This document shows positions 7,358-14,708 of a DNA stretch of 56,913 bases, in pieces. Within the stretch, counting starts at the first letter, position 1. Each line of letters starts with the position of its first letter. The notes below the pieces were generated by a model. That model searched no databases, was not told the DNA's origin, and saw only the letters and a program-made list of their open reading frames with translations. Source of the DNA: an uncultured Clostridia bacterium (lineage in GTDB: Bacteria; Bacillota; Clostridia; Lachnospirales; Lachnospiraceae). The stretch is taken from contig CAMODY010000001.1 of NCBI GenBank assembly GCA_946611595.1, positions 1-56,913 on the forward strand. Reading direction: 5' to 3'. A program made the translations under genes and the position numbers.

Positions 7358-9382
7358 TTAATTATCTGAGGTTTTAGTAATAATATCTGCAAGATAATAA
7401 TCACCGTCTTTTACCATGATCCAGGTCATATTCGTATCCCAGGTTCTTACAGATTCGCCGTCCCTTAAAATATCCTGTACAAAACTGATATCGCAGGAAT
7501 AACAGCTGTCGGAATACTTCTTGATATTTGTGACAGTTTCTTCGCTCAACTGGATGCCGTCATGTTCCTGCATCCAGGACACATCTGCAGAAGAGGCGCT
7601 GACAAACGCCGGAGAATTATCCAGCATGACGCTACTTAATGCCTCTCTTCCGGAATCTCCCGAGAAATATCTTGCGTAAGGATCAAATAAAGATTTAACC
7701 CGCTCTGTCTGTTCTGCTGCAAATGCCTCATCAGCATCAAAGCCCGCCGTATACACATCACCGATCAGGCTGCACGGAGTGCTGTTTCCGTTTTCATCAG
7801 TCATGGAAACATCCGTTCCTGCGAAGATTCCTTTTACCGTGTATGTATCAACTGTCGGCATATCTGCGATAATGCCTTCATCTATCAGTCTGGATAAAAT
7901 CTGAATCCGGCTTCCCGATTCCGTAATAAAGGAACGATCTACAGCCTGCTGATTGATCGTCAAAGTTGCGGTGGTCGGAATCTGTGCTACAAGTTCCGTT
8001 ACCTTAAGTTCTTCAGAAGCAAGCTGTGTTTTCTGTTCGCTCCACTGATTGTTTTCAGAACCGCTGCCTGAATTTTTGTCGAGATAAAGTTTCAGCAGAT
8101 TCTCATCTCCGGAGCGGATCATGTATACGTTTTCATCTCCGCTGCTTTCCGCATTGATTTTTACATAACGCAGTTTATTCTCCGCATTTTTATCCTGCAG
8201 GTACTTCGCAACCGTACCCTCTGCCCCAAAAAGCGAAGGATCAGAAAGTGCAACGTCATCTGCTGTTACCAGATGCAGCGATTCTAAATTGCCTTCCTGA
8301 ATATCTTCTACGATTTCATTCATATAATGTTCCGGAAGACCGTTTTCATAGCGGCTTAAGAACGTCCACAAAAGGACCATTGCTGCAATCAGCACAAGGA
8401 TAAAAGCTCCCCAGGCAATAAAGAACCCTTTTTTAAAAGACTTTGTAAAGACTTTCTTTTCTTTTTTGCCCTTGCCTTTCTTTACAGGCTGTTTTGCAGC
8501 TGCTTTCCTTACCGGACGTCTCTCTTCAAACTCTTCTTCCGGCTCATACGCTGCTTCCGGCTCATACGCTTCCTCAGGTTCGTACTCTTCTTCCGGCTCG
8601 TAGTATTGCTCTTCCTCTCTTAAGGCTTCAGCCTCTAAAGCGCGGCGTCTTTCCTGCCGTCTTCTTCTGGCTTCATCATGAATTCTTTGCTGCCTTAAGC
8701 GGTCTTCAGCTCTTCTTTTTTCAAGCTCTTCAGCTCTTTCTTTGGCAAGTTCTTCGGCTCTTTTTCTTCTTTGTGCCGCTTCCCTTCTTCTTTGAAGTTC
8801 CTGTTCATATTCTTCGTCAATTCCCCGTTCTCTTCGGATCTGACGCATGATATCCTGCAGATCTTCTTCCGACATTCTACGGGGTTTGTTTTCAGAACCT
8901 ATAGATGCAGATCTTCTCCGGAACTGTATCTGCTCGGGGCTTTTTTCCTGTTCTAATGCTTTCGCTTCCAGCACTCTTCGTCTTTGAGCTCTGGCCTCAG
9001 CAGCTTTGATCCGTTCCTCTTCTGCTGCTATCTCTTCTGAAAGTCTTTGCGCTTCTGCTCTGCGTTTTTCAGAAGCTTCTCTTTTTGCCTGCTCGATTTT
9101 CTCATTTTCTTCTGCAAGCCGGCGTTCCTGTTCCTGTCTGATGCGTTCTGCCGAGCGCTTCTTTAGCTCCTCGATCGGATCATCTTCTGCAGATCTTCTG
9201 CGTTTTACAGGATTCGGTCTGGTCGAGTAAAGACCTTCTCCAATCGTCTCCTCAAGCGCTCTGCGTCTGTTGATACTCTCGCTTTGAAGTTGGTCTGTTT
9301 CTAAAGCCTCTGCTCTCCAGGATGCAGCGGAATCTATACTCTCGGTATTTATATTTTGTCCATGCGGTCGTCTCTGTGCCAT
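7358..9382 (-). CDS. Hypothetical bitopic membrane protein: about 310-aa E/R/K-rich cytoplasmic region, one TM, about 330-aa extracytoplasmic domain of unknown family
   Basis: 674 aa with ATG and SD GAGG. The N-terminal half is dominated by E/R/K/A heptad-free runs (RRLAEENEKIEQAKREASEKRRAEAQR...) and YEPEE repeats. The TM is FFIAWGAFILVLIAAMVLLWTF. Confidence 0.7.
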   Translation of the reverse strand: MAQRRPHGQNINTESIDSAASWRAEALETDQLQSESINRRRALEETIGEGLYSTRPNPVKRRRSAEDDPIEELKKRSAERIRQEQERRLAEENEKIEQAKREASEKRRAEAQRLSEEIAAEEERIKAAEARAQRRRVLEAKALEQEKSPEQIQFRRRSASIGSENKPRRMSEEDLQDIMRQIRRERGIDEEYEQELQRRREAAQRRKRAEELAKERAEELEKRRAEDRLRQQRIHDEARRRRQERRRALEAEALREEEQYYEPEEEYEPEEAYEPEAAYEPEEEFEERRPVRKAAAKQPVKKGKGKKEKKVFTKSFKKGFFIAWGAFILVLIAAMVLLWTFLSRYENGLPEHYMNEIVEDIQEGNLESLHLVTADDVALSDPSLFGAEGTVAKYLQDKNAENKLRYVKINAESSGDENVYMIRSGDENLLKLYLDKNSGSGSENNQWSEQKTQLASEELKVTELVAQIPTTATLTINQQAVDRSFITESGSRIQILSRLIDEGIIADMPTVDTYTVKGIFAGTDVSMTDENGNSTPCSLIGDVYTAGFDADEAFAAEQTERVKSLFDPYARYFSGDSGREALSSVMLDNSPAFVSASSADVSWMQEHDGIQLSEETVTNIKKYSDSCYSCDISFVQDILRDGESVRTWDTNMTWIMVKDGDYYLADIITKTSDN
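8536..8607 (-). repeat. Four tandem imperfect 18-bp in-frame repeats encoding (Y/E/A)YEPE(E/A)
   Basis: The units are 8536-8553 and 8554-8571 (17 of 18 positions identical, cttccggctcatacgct[g/t]), then the more diverged 8572-8589 and 8590-8607. They translate to YYEPEEEYEPEEAYEPEAAYEPEEE. Confidence 0.8.
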
Positions 9383-9388
9383 AGTCTT

Positions 9389-10366
9389 CTACCTCACAAG
9401 AAATGCATTCGGCACGATTCTCGGTCCGCTTAAGGCATATGGTGTGTTTAAAAACTCGCCCTGGTAAACCATCTGCGTTGAAGAACCTCCATCTAAGGAA
9501 GCAGCATTCACTGCCCCATAGTCGCTCATGATCTTTATCATATCGGAAAACGTAGCGCCAATTGAATTTGCCTGTCTTCCGTCTACTGTTACAAAAATAA
9601 TGGTTCCATCAGCAGCCTGTCCGATCGCAGTTCTAGGATTTAATCCGCCGCCGGCTCCGGAAACTTCCTGCTCATTTCCATTCAAAATTAATACCGGTGC
9701 ATAGGATGTCTGAACGCAGACACAATCCCGAAAGCCCATATTTAAAGCTTCCTGACCGGTATAGTTTCCAAGAACCATTTTATGATCAGCTGTAAATCCA
9801 ATGGCTGGATATGTCGTATTCATATCCCCATATACGAACTCACCTTCTGAAATTACGAAGCCATCCGGGGTGCCGCCGTTACCTTGTCCATTCGGATCGT
9901 AAAAACCGCCACCGTTGATTCCTGCAACCGCTCCATAGCGCTCTGCGATATGATCGACAGTATCACCGTCGCTGCCATCATAAGGACCCTTGTTTCCAAT
10001 AAAGATTCTGGATGGGTCTTTAATTAACATAACATCTCCGATATAAGTCGAACCGGAAATTTCAAAGATCTCAATATCTGAATTTGCAGACGTTTCGTCA
10101 TTAACGATATTAACCAGCGAAGTATCCGTTTCTTCACTGATCTCTTTAACCGTATTGTTATCTACGATCTCCTGGATCCGTTCTTTGGAGAAATACAGAT
10201 TCGGGATCCAGTAAAGCGCGCTGGTTTCCCGAAGAGACATCGTCATGATTTCGGCAGCTTTAGTAGAAGGGCCTTTCATCACGATTGTAAGGGCCCCAAT
10301 CACTGCTGCAACAAATGTCAGCAGAAAGATACCAATAATAAATAATGCTCTTAAGAAATGTTTCAT
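9389..10366 (-). CDS. Phosphodiester glycosidase (NAGPA / 'uncovering enzyme'-like) family protein, N-terminal TM anchor
   Basis: 325 aa. It has an N-terminal TM, then AGINGGGFYDPNG ... NPRTAIGQAADGTIIFVTVDGRQ ... NAASLDGGSSTQMV. This is the pattern I recognise for the NAGPA domain. Confidence 0.75.
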   Translation of the reverse strand: MKHFLRALFIIGIFLLTFVAAVIGALTIVMKGPSTKAAEIMTMSLRETSALYWIPNLYFSKERIQEIVDNNTVKEISEETDTSLVNIVNDETSANSDIEIFEISGSTYIGDVMLIKDPSRIFIGNKGPYDGSDGDTVDHIAERYGAVAGINGGGFYDPNGQGNGGTPDGFVISEGEFVYGDMNTTYPAIGFTADHKMVLGNYTGQEALNMGFRDCVCVQTSYAPVLILNGNEQEVSGAGGGLNPRTAIGQAADGTIIFVTVDGRQANSIGATFSDMIKIMSDYGAVNAASLDGGSSTQMVYQGEFLNTPYALSGPRIVPNAFLVR

Positions 10367-11509
10367 TTATTTTTTGTCCTTAAAAACCCATTTCCTCTGT
10401 ATGCCATAACTAAAAACAAACAAACACATATCGACAACACATTTGATCAGGACATTTAAAAATCCCGTCACATGCAACAGACCATTTGCGACCAGATCCA
10501 CTAAAAGGAAGGATAAGATCATCTGACAAAAAGCCAAGATAAAATATTTCGTAGCGGTCTTTCTGACATTCGCTACATCTTTAAAGACCACTTTTCTGTT
10601 AATGATAAAATTGACGATGGATGAGATCACTCTTGATGTCAGCGTAGCGATCAAAACGGCCGCAATATTCAGATTCCAGGTATGCTGGATCAGAGCGGAT
10701 GCCAGTGACATCGACTCTCCGATCGAATCCTTTAAATTCCATACAGCTCCGCAGATCGCCATCGTAATCCAATAGACACCGATATCCACAACCCAGGATG
10801 AAATGGAACTTAAGATAAATTTAAAGAAATACTTTAAGACCACTTTATAGATCTTAAAGGAATCCTTTAATGGATTGAAGTGAGAGGATTCATTATCGTC
10901 AATATAGATCGTTTCGATCGGAACTTCCAAGTACGGAGTTTTCCGGTTCACGATCTCAATCAGCATCTGGGTCTCGTACTCATAGCGGTCACCCGGAAGT
11001 TTCGAAAAGTTTTCAAAACAACTTGCGGGGATTACGCGAAGTCCGGTCTGCGTATCTTTTAATTTAATGCCGCAGGCAAAACGATATACGAAACTTGAAA
11101 TCTTATTTCCGAAGCGGCTTCTTGGCGGGATATTTGCGCTGTTAAAATCCCTGCCGCCGATAATGACAGTCCCCGGATTTTTTTCATAAGCATCCAGGCA
11201 GTCCTGCATCGATTCTGTCGTATGCTGACCATCACCATCGCAGGTAATCGCAACGTCGATATCAGGACGCTCTTCTAAAAGATAGCGCATAGCTGTTTTA
11301 AGTCCTGCGCCCTTTCCTTTGTTGACCTCATGCGTAAGCACAGTAACCTCCGGATGTAATGCCGCTTCATCAAAGAAGTGGACATACTCCGGAGCGCTTC
11401 CGTCATTGACAACTATAATATTCTGATATCCGGTCTCTACCAGTTTGTCAGCAAATTTTGCAAACTTTTCATCCGGATTTAATACGGGTAAAATAACCGC
11501 TACATTCAT
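10367..11509 (-). CDS. Fusion of family-2 glycosyltransferase (polyprenyl-phosphate sugar synthase type) with a GtrA-like 4-TM domain
   Basis: 380 aa. The N-terminus (VAVILPVLNPDEKF ... VVNDGS ... CDGDGQH) is GT2, DPM1/GtrB-like. The C-terminal roughly 150 aa has 4 TM helices ending in the RKWVFKDK motif typical of GtrA-family proteins. Confidence 0.8.
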   Translation of the reverse strand: MNVAVILPVLNPDEKFAKFADKLVETGYQNIIVVNDGSAPEYVHFFDEAALHPEVTVLTHEVNKGKGAGLKTAMRYLLEERPDIDVAITCDGDGQHTTESMQDCLDAYEKNPGTVIIGGRDFNSANIPPRSRFGNKISSFVYRFACGIKLKDTQTGLRVIPASCFENFSKLPGDRYEYETQMLIEIVNRKTPYLEVPIETIYIDDNESSHFNPLKDSFKIYKVVLKYFFKFILSSISSWVVDIGVYWITMAICGAVWNLKDSIGESMSLASALIQHTWNLNIAAVLIATLTSRVISSIVNFIINRKVVFKDVANVRKTATKYFILAFCQMILSFLLVDLVANGLLHVTGFLNVLIKCVVDMCLFVFSYGIQRKWVFKDKK

Positions 11510-13101
11510 CTTGAATTTCTGCTCCTGTTCACTCTGTTTCCAGAAGAATTTGTACGCCTTGAGGAGCTATTTCTCTGTGAAGTCCGCGTTGTTCTGCCGG
11601 AAGTAGTATTTTCTCTTTTTGAGTGTGTCTGCACACGCGCTCTCTCAGTTGAGCCTCTGCTATCCGGTCTGTATCCGGATGTTTGTCTTCTTTGTGCCTG
11701 AGCCCTTCTTTGACGGGCACGGCGCTGCATCTCAGCTCTTCTTCTTTTCTGACGTGCTCTCATTAAGAGATAGAACACGATCAGTGCTGCAATGATCACC
11801 GCAATGATGATCAGGATTACGACTAAAGCCTTGCTGCTCTTTTTATCAGTCTCTTTATCTTTGGACGGAACAGGCGTTGTCTCTTCCTCACGAACCGACT
11901 CCTGCTCTGCCTTAGCTTCCTGCTGTGCGTAAGTTATGATGTTATCGAGAACATCATTTCCGCTGGTATCCGCACCTACCGTACTGCGATACAGACCATA
12001 TTTCGCGCAGCTGAATTTATAATCATTCGGATTTCCGTTTTCATCATATCCGTCATCTACATAAAACCACATCCACTGCTGTGATCCATGTTTCAGATAT
12101 GCATCTTTTGCGACTTCTAAGGCGCTCTTTCCGCCAAAGTCTGCAAGCGGAGCTCTTGTATCCATCTCAATCGGATTTTCTGCATAAAGATGGAGATAGG
12201 TTTTGGGAACATCCCATGTGCCATAAGTATTTGCAGATTCGCTATACTGGCTTGCATCATTCGTAATTTCGACCGCTTCTCTTACAAGCTTGGAAACATA
12301 CTGGTGACCACCGTGACCATATTCGCCGTTAACATCATGGGTGACAACGACCTGCGGCTGGAACTTTCTGATCGTATCAACGATATATCCAAGACACTCG
12401 TCATGCTCGAACTGTCCTTCCGCCTCTTCCAAGGACTCAGAATAATTATCGTAGAACTTTCCAAGCTGCGGATAGTGATCCACACCCATTGTCCAGATAC
12501 CGTCAAGCAGCTCGTGATTTCTGTAAGACTCTGTCTGGAAGAAATCAGTGAAGTATGCGACCTGAACTCGTGCTCTATCTTCGTTGGTGTAGATCGGGAT
12601 CATACCTCCAAAGAACAGTACCTCATCGTCCGAATGGGTGGAGATAAAGAGGATGTCCGGTCTTTCCCAGGACGGCTGCCACTGCTCTACGAAATCCGGA
12701 AGTTCACCGGCAGAAAAAGCAAAGATATCTGCTATTGTTGCCCCACCATTCGGGATCGTGATCGTTGCAGAATTGGACGAGCCGGATAGCTTTACATACT
12801 CATGAAGGAAGCCATACTGTCCGCAGGAGATCTCGCTGCCGCCATCTTTCATGGTCCATGTAGTCGGGATAGAGTCCCATTTGATGTACACAGAATCAAT
12901 CGGTTCTGATGCATTGATTGTAAGAGTCGTTCCCGCATCAAAATGTTCAGTGCTCATATAGTCATCGTCTAAAAGCGCCGAACCATTGCTGCCATCAGAT
13001 GATTCGATCGTTACATCCAGCTGGGCAGCCTCTGCCTTAAATGCAAAGAAGCCCAATCCTGAAATGAATATGACTGCTATGACAAGTAAGAATTTTTTCA
13101 T
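11506..13101 (-). CDS. PIG-L/LmbE-family de-N-acetylase with signal peptide, N-terminal beta domain, C-terminal TM and Arg/Ser-rich tail
   Basis: 531 aa. It has a signal peptide (MKKFLLVIAVIFISGLGFFAFKAEA), the PIG-L motifs ISTHSDDEVLFFGG and GHGGHQ, a TM (ALVVILIIIAVIIAALIVFYLLM) and a basic tail (RARQKRRRAEMQRRARQRRAQAQRR...). There are 4-nt overlaps with both neighbours. Confidence 0.75.
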   Translation of the reverse strand: MKKFLLVIAVIFISGLGFFAFKAEAAQLDVTIESSDGSNGSALLDDDYMSTEHFDAGTTLTINASEPIDSVYIKWDSIPTTWTMKDGGSEISCGQYGFLHEYVKLSGSSNSATITIPNGGATIADIFAFSAGELPDFVEQWQPSWERPDILFISTHSDDEVLFFGGMIPIYTNEDRARVQVAYFTDFFQTESYRNHELLDGIWTMGVDHYPQLGKFYDNYSESLEEAEGQFEHDECLGYIVDTIRKFQPQVVVTHDVNGEYGHGGHQYVSKLVREAVEITNDASQYSESANTYGTWDVPKTYLHLYAENPIEMDTRAPLADFGGKSALEVAKDAYLKHGSQQWMWFYVDDGYDENGNPNDYKFSCAKYGLYRSTVGADTSGNDVLDNIITYAQQEAKAEQESVREEETTPVPSKDKETDKKSSKALVVILIIIAVIIAALIVFYLLMRARQKRRRAEMQRRARQRRAQAQRRQTSGYRPDSRGSTERARVQTHSKRENTTSGRTTRTSQRNSSSRRTNSSGNRVNRSRNSR

Positions 13102-13700
13102 TTTACGTAATTCCTATAATCTGATTCCGTGTTGATATTACAAAACGCCGCTCTCAGTTCGGCTTCATCTTTCTCTGCCATCTGTTTTTGAAGTGCAGCG
13201 AAGGAATAAAAGTTCACACCTTCAGAAAGAGATGCATACATTCGGTAGTCTCCTCTTTCCAGCATCCCTTTCAACTTTTCGAGCATTTGTATGCCATATG
13301 CTCCGATCAACGGTTCAGCATGTTCTCCATCCATTAAAACACAGGCTGTATCCATGCAATGATCAAAGAAAAAAGAAAGCACATCAATGTCCGCAAATGG
13401 AACGTCCACCGGGACAACAGCAAATCTTGAAGCACCCGTCTGTTCATAAACGGATACCAAACCTCCCATCGGGCCTTTCTCTACGTATTTGTCAGGCACA
13501 AGCTCAGCATCAGGGAGGAGATTTTGAATCTCCGCTGCATGATCTAAGCTTCCGGCAGATATTATGATTCGATCAAAAGAATCGCTGGCTTTGTGATATA
13601 AGTGCTCCAGAAAAGTCTCATTATCATGAAGATGGAGAAAGATTTTGTCTTTCCCCATTCGGGTGCTCTTTCCACCAGCCAATATCACAAGTGTTTTCAT
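13098..13700 (-). CDS. MobA-like NTP transferase (nucleotidyltransferase; substrate unknown)
   Basis: The start is moved to the ATG at 13700 (MKTLVILAGGKSTRMGKDKIFL = LAGGxSxRMGxDK signature). Later motifs are GPMGG and VPVDVPF. The track ORF begins at 13748 with a hydrophobic non-homologous extension. Confidence 0.7.
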   Translation of the reverse strand: MKTLVILAGGKSTRMGKDKIFLHLHDNETFLEHLYHKASDSFDRIIISAGSLDHAAEIQNLLPDAELVPDKYVEKGPMGGLVSVYEQTGASRFAVVPVDVPFADIDVLSFFFDHCMDTACVLMDGEHAEPLIGAYGIQMLEKLKGMLERGDYRMYASLSEGVNFYSFAALQKQMAEKDEAELRAAFCNINTESDYRNYVK

Positions 13701-13707
13701 GGGCGAA

Positions 13708-13736
13708 ATTATACCATAAGCTACTATAAAAATAAA
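13708..13736 (-). promoter_or_regulatory. Candidate extended -10 promoter (TGgTATAAT) ending 7 nt before the ATG at 13700
   Basis: The reverse complement of 13708-13716 is TGGTATAAT. A weak -35 (TTTATT, complement of 13731-13736) sits at 17-nt spacing. There is no SD between the -10 and the ATG. Confidence 0.45.
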
Positions 13737-13804
13737 GAAGAGGTGCATTTTTAAGAGGTCACAGAAAATTCAGAAAAAGAATCAGCTAACCGCATGGAAT
13801 CCGC

Positions 13805-13833
13805 TTGAGATTTCCTATTTGCCCAAGTATAAT
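13805..13833 (+). promoter_or_regulatory. Candidate promoter of reverse rubrerythrin: TTGAGA-N17-TATAAT
   Basis: TTGAGA lies at 13805-13810 and TATAAT at 13828-13833, with a 17-nt spacer. It is divergent from the 13700 promoter. Confidence 0.55.
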
Positions 13834-13843
13834 GAGTTAAGAA

Positions 13844-13864
13844 TTCATATTGAATGAATATGAA
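13844..13864. promoter_or_regulatory. 7-7-7 inverted repeat TTCATAT-N7-ATATGAA between the -10 and the SD, candidate repressor operator
   Basis: The arms are perfect 7-bp repeats at 13844-13850 and 13858-13864. The first arm starts 11 nt downstream of the -10 hexamer. Confidence 0.4.
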
Positions 13865-13890
13865 ATTTAATCTTAAGGAGGATTTTAATT

Positions 13891-14430
13891 ATGAAGTGGA
13901 TTTGTAAAGTATGTGGCTATGTTCATGAAGGCGATACACCTCCAGAGCAGTGCCCGGTATGTAAGACAGGAAAAGAAAACTTTGAGAAAATGGGCGGTGA
14001 CAAAACATGGGCTGCTGAGCACATTGTAGGCGTTGCAAAAGACGCTCCAGAAGATATCATCGCAGGTCTTCGTGACAACTTTAACGGAGAATGCTCTGAA
14101 GTAGGTATGTATCTTGCTATGGCAAGAGTTGCTCATAGAGAAGGATATCCGGAAATCGGTCTGTATTGGGAGAAAGCAGCTTATGAAGAAGCTGAGCATG
14201 CAGCTAAATTTGCTGAACTCCTTGGTGAAGTTTTAACTGACTCCACAAAGAAGAATCTCGAAATGAGAGTTGACGCTGAAAACGGCGCAACACAGGGCAA
14301 ATTTGATCTTGCTAAGAAAGCAAAAGAGCTTGGCTTAGATGCAATCCATGACACAGTTCATGAGATGGCAAGAGACGAGGCTAGACACGGAAAAGCATTC
14401 GAAGGACTGCTTCAGAGATATTTCCACTAA
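13891..14430 (+). CDS. Reverse rubrerythrin (N-terminal rubredoxin-like CxxC...CxxC domain, C-terminal ferritin-like di-iron domain)
   Basis: 179 aa. It has [25 protein letters not shown] followed by ExxH di-iron motifs ([18 protein letters not shown]). The domain order is inverted relative to classical rubrerythrin. SD AGGAGG. Confidence 0.85.
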   Translation: MKWICKVCGYVHEGDTPPEQCPVCKTGKENFEKMGGDKTWAAEHIVGVAKDAPEDIIAGLRDNFNGECSEVGMYLAMARVAHREGYPEIGLYWEKAAYEEAEHAAKFAELLGEVLTDSTKKNLEMRVDAENGATQGKFDLAKKAKELGLDAIHDTVHEMARDEARHGKAFEGLLQRYFH

Positions 14431-14457
14431 GCCGAAAAACCTAATAACAATAATTAT

Positions 14458-14497
14458 AAAGAGGATGAGCCCCATTGAGCTCATCCTCTTTTTTTTG
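14458..14497 (+). terminator. Rho-independent terminator of reverse rubrerythrin
   Basis: The stem is gaggatgagc (14461-14470) / gctcatcctc (14479-14488), extendable by A:T pairs. It is followed by an 8-nt T-run. Confidence 0.75.
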
Positions 14498-14620
14498 TCT
14501 TTTTCTGATAATACTGTTATATTTTATCAAATGTTTCAAAATAATACTTTGAAGTAAAAGAGTTGTTCGATTTCAGATAAAGAAATCATTAATGCTCTAT
14601 CTCAAACGCAGGTTAGAACC

Positions 14621-14650
14621 TTGACATATAATAGGGTGTGCCCATAAAAT
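14621..14650 (+). promoter_or_regulatory. Candidate rubredoxin promoter TTGACA-N18-TAAAAT
   Basis: TTGACA lies at 14621-14626 and TAAAAT at 14645-14650. An 11-bp palindrome ATGTGaCACAT (14668-14678) lies in the predicted 5' UTR. Confidence 0.45.
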
Positions 14651-14708
14651 ATTGGTACAAATCCGAAATGTGACACATGAATCATAATTAAAAGAAAGGA
14701 CGAATACT

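Noticed and set aside
8494-8850. A repetitive region considered as a possible CRISPR array or minisatellite, and a 118-aa antisense ORF.
   Set aside because: The repeats are 18 bp, contiguous with no spacers, in frame and inside a long ORF encoding YEPEE peptides. The antisense ORF is a by-product of the low-complexity E/R/K coding sequence.
13701-13748. Longer starts offered by the ORF track for the MobA-like gene (13748), murA (35473), metK (TTG 34111), the DegT gene (TTG 26726) and the 321-aa version of the GT-like gene (GTG 18610).
   Set aside because: The internal ATGs give family-typical N-termini. They have SD sequences or abutting -10 boxes. They also remove overlaps with upstream genes or promoter elements.
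13844-13864. Tempting assignment of the TTCATAT-N7-ATATGAA palindrome as a PerR box.
   Set aside because: It does not match the 7-1-7 TTATAAT-N-ATTATAA type consensus I remember for Fur/PerR-family boxes. I keep it only as an unassigned candidate operator.
13885-14199. 104-aa minus-strand ORF opposite reverse rubrerythrin, and the 75-aa ORF at 14971-15198 overlapping the LCP start.
   Set aside because: The first is antisense to a gene with clear rubredoxin and ferritin motifs. The second is the +2 frame of the LCP N-terminus and lacks features. The 14981 frame continues into the LCP catalytic domain.
14498-14620. The roughly 120-nt AT-rich spacer between the rubrerythrin terminator and the rubredoxin promoter (contains ATAATACT twice), considered as an sRNA or PerR/Fur box.
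   Set aside because: There is no convincing promoter plus terminator pair and no stable hairpin. The short direct repeat does not match a regulator consensus I can name with confidence.
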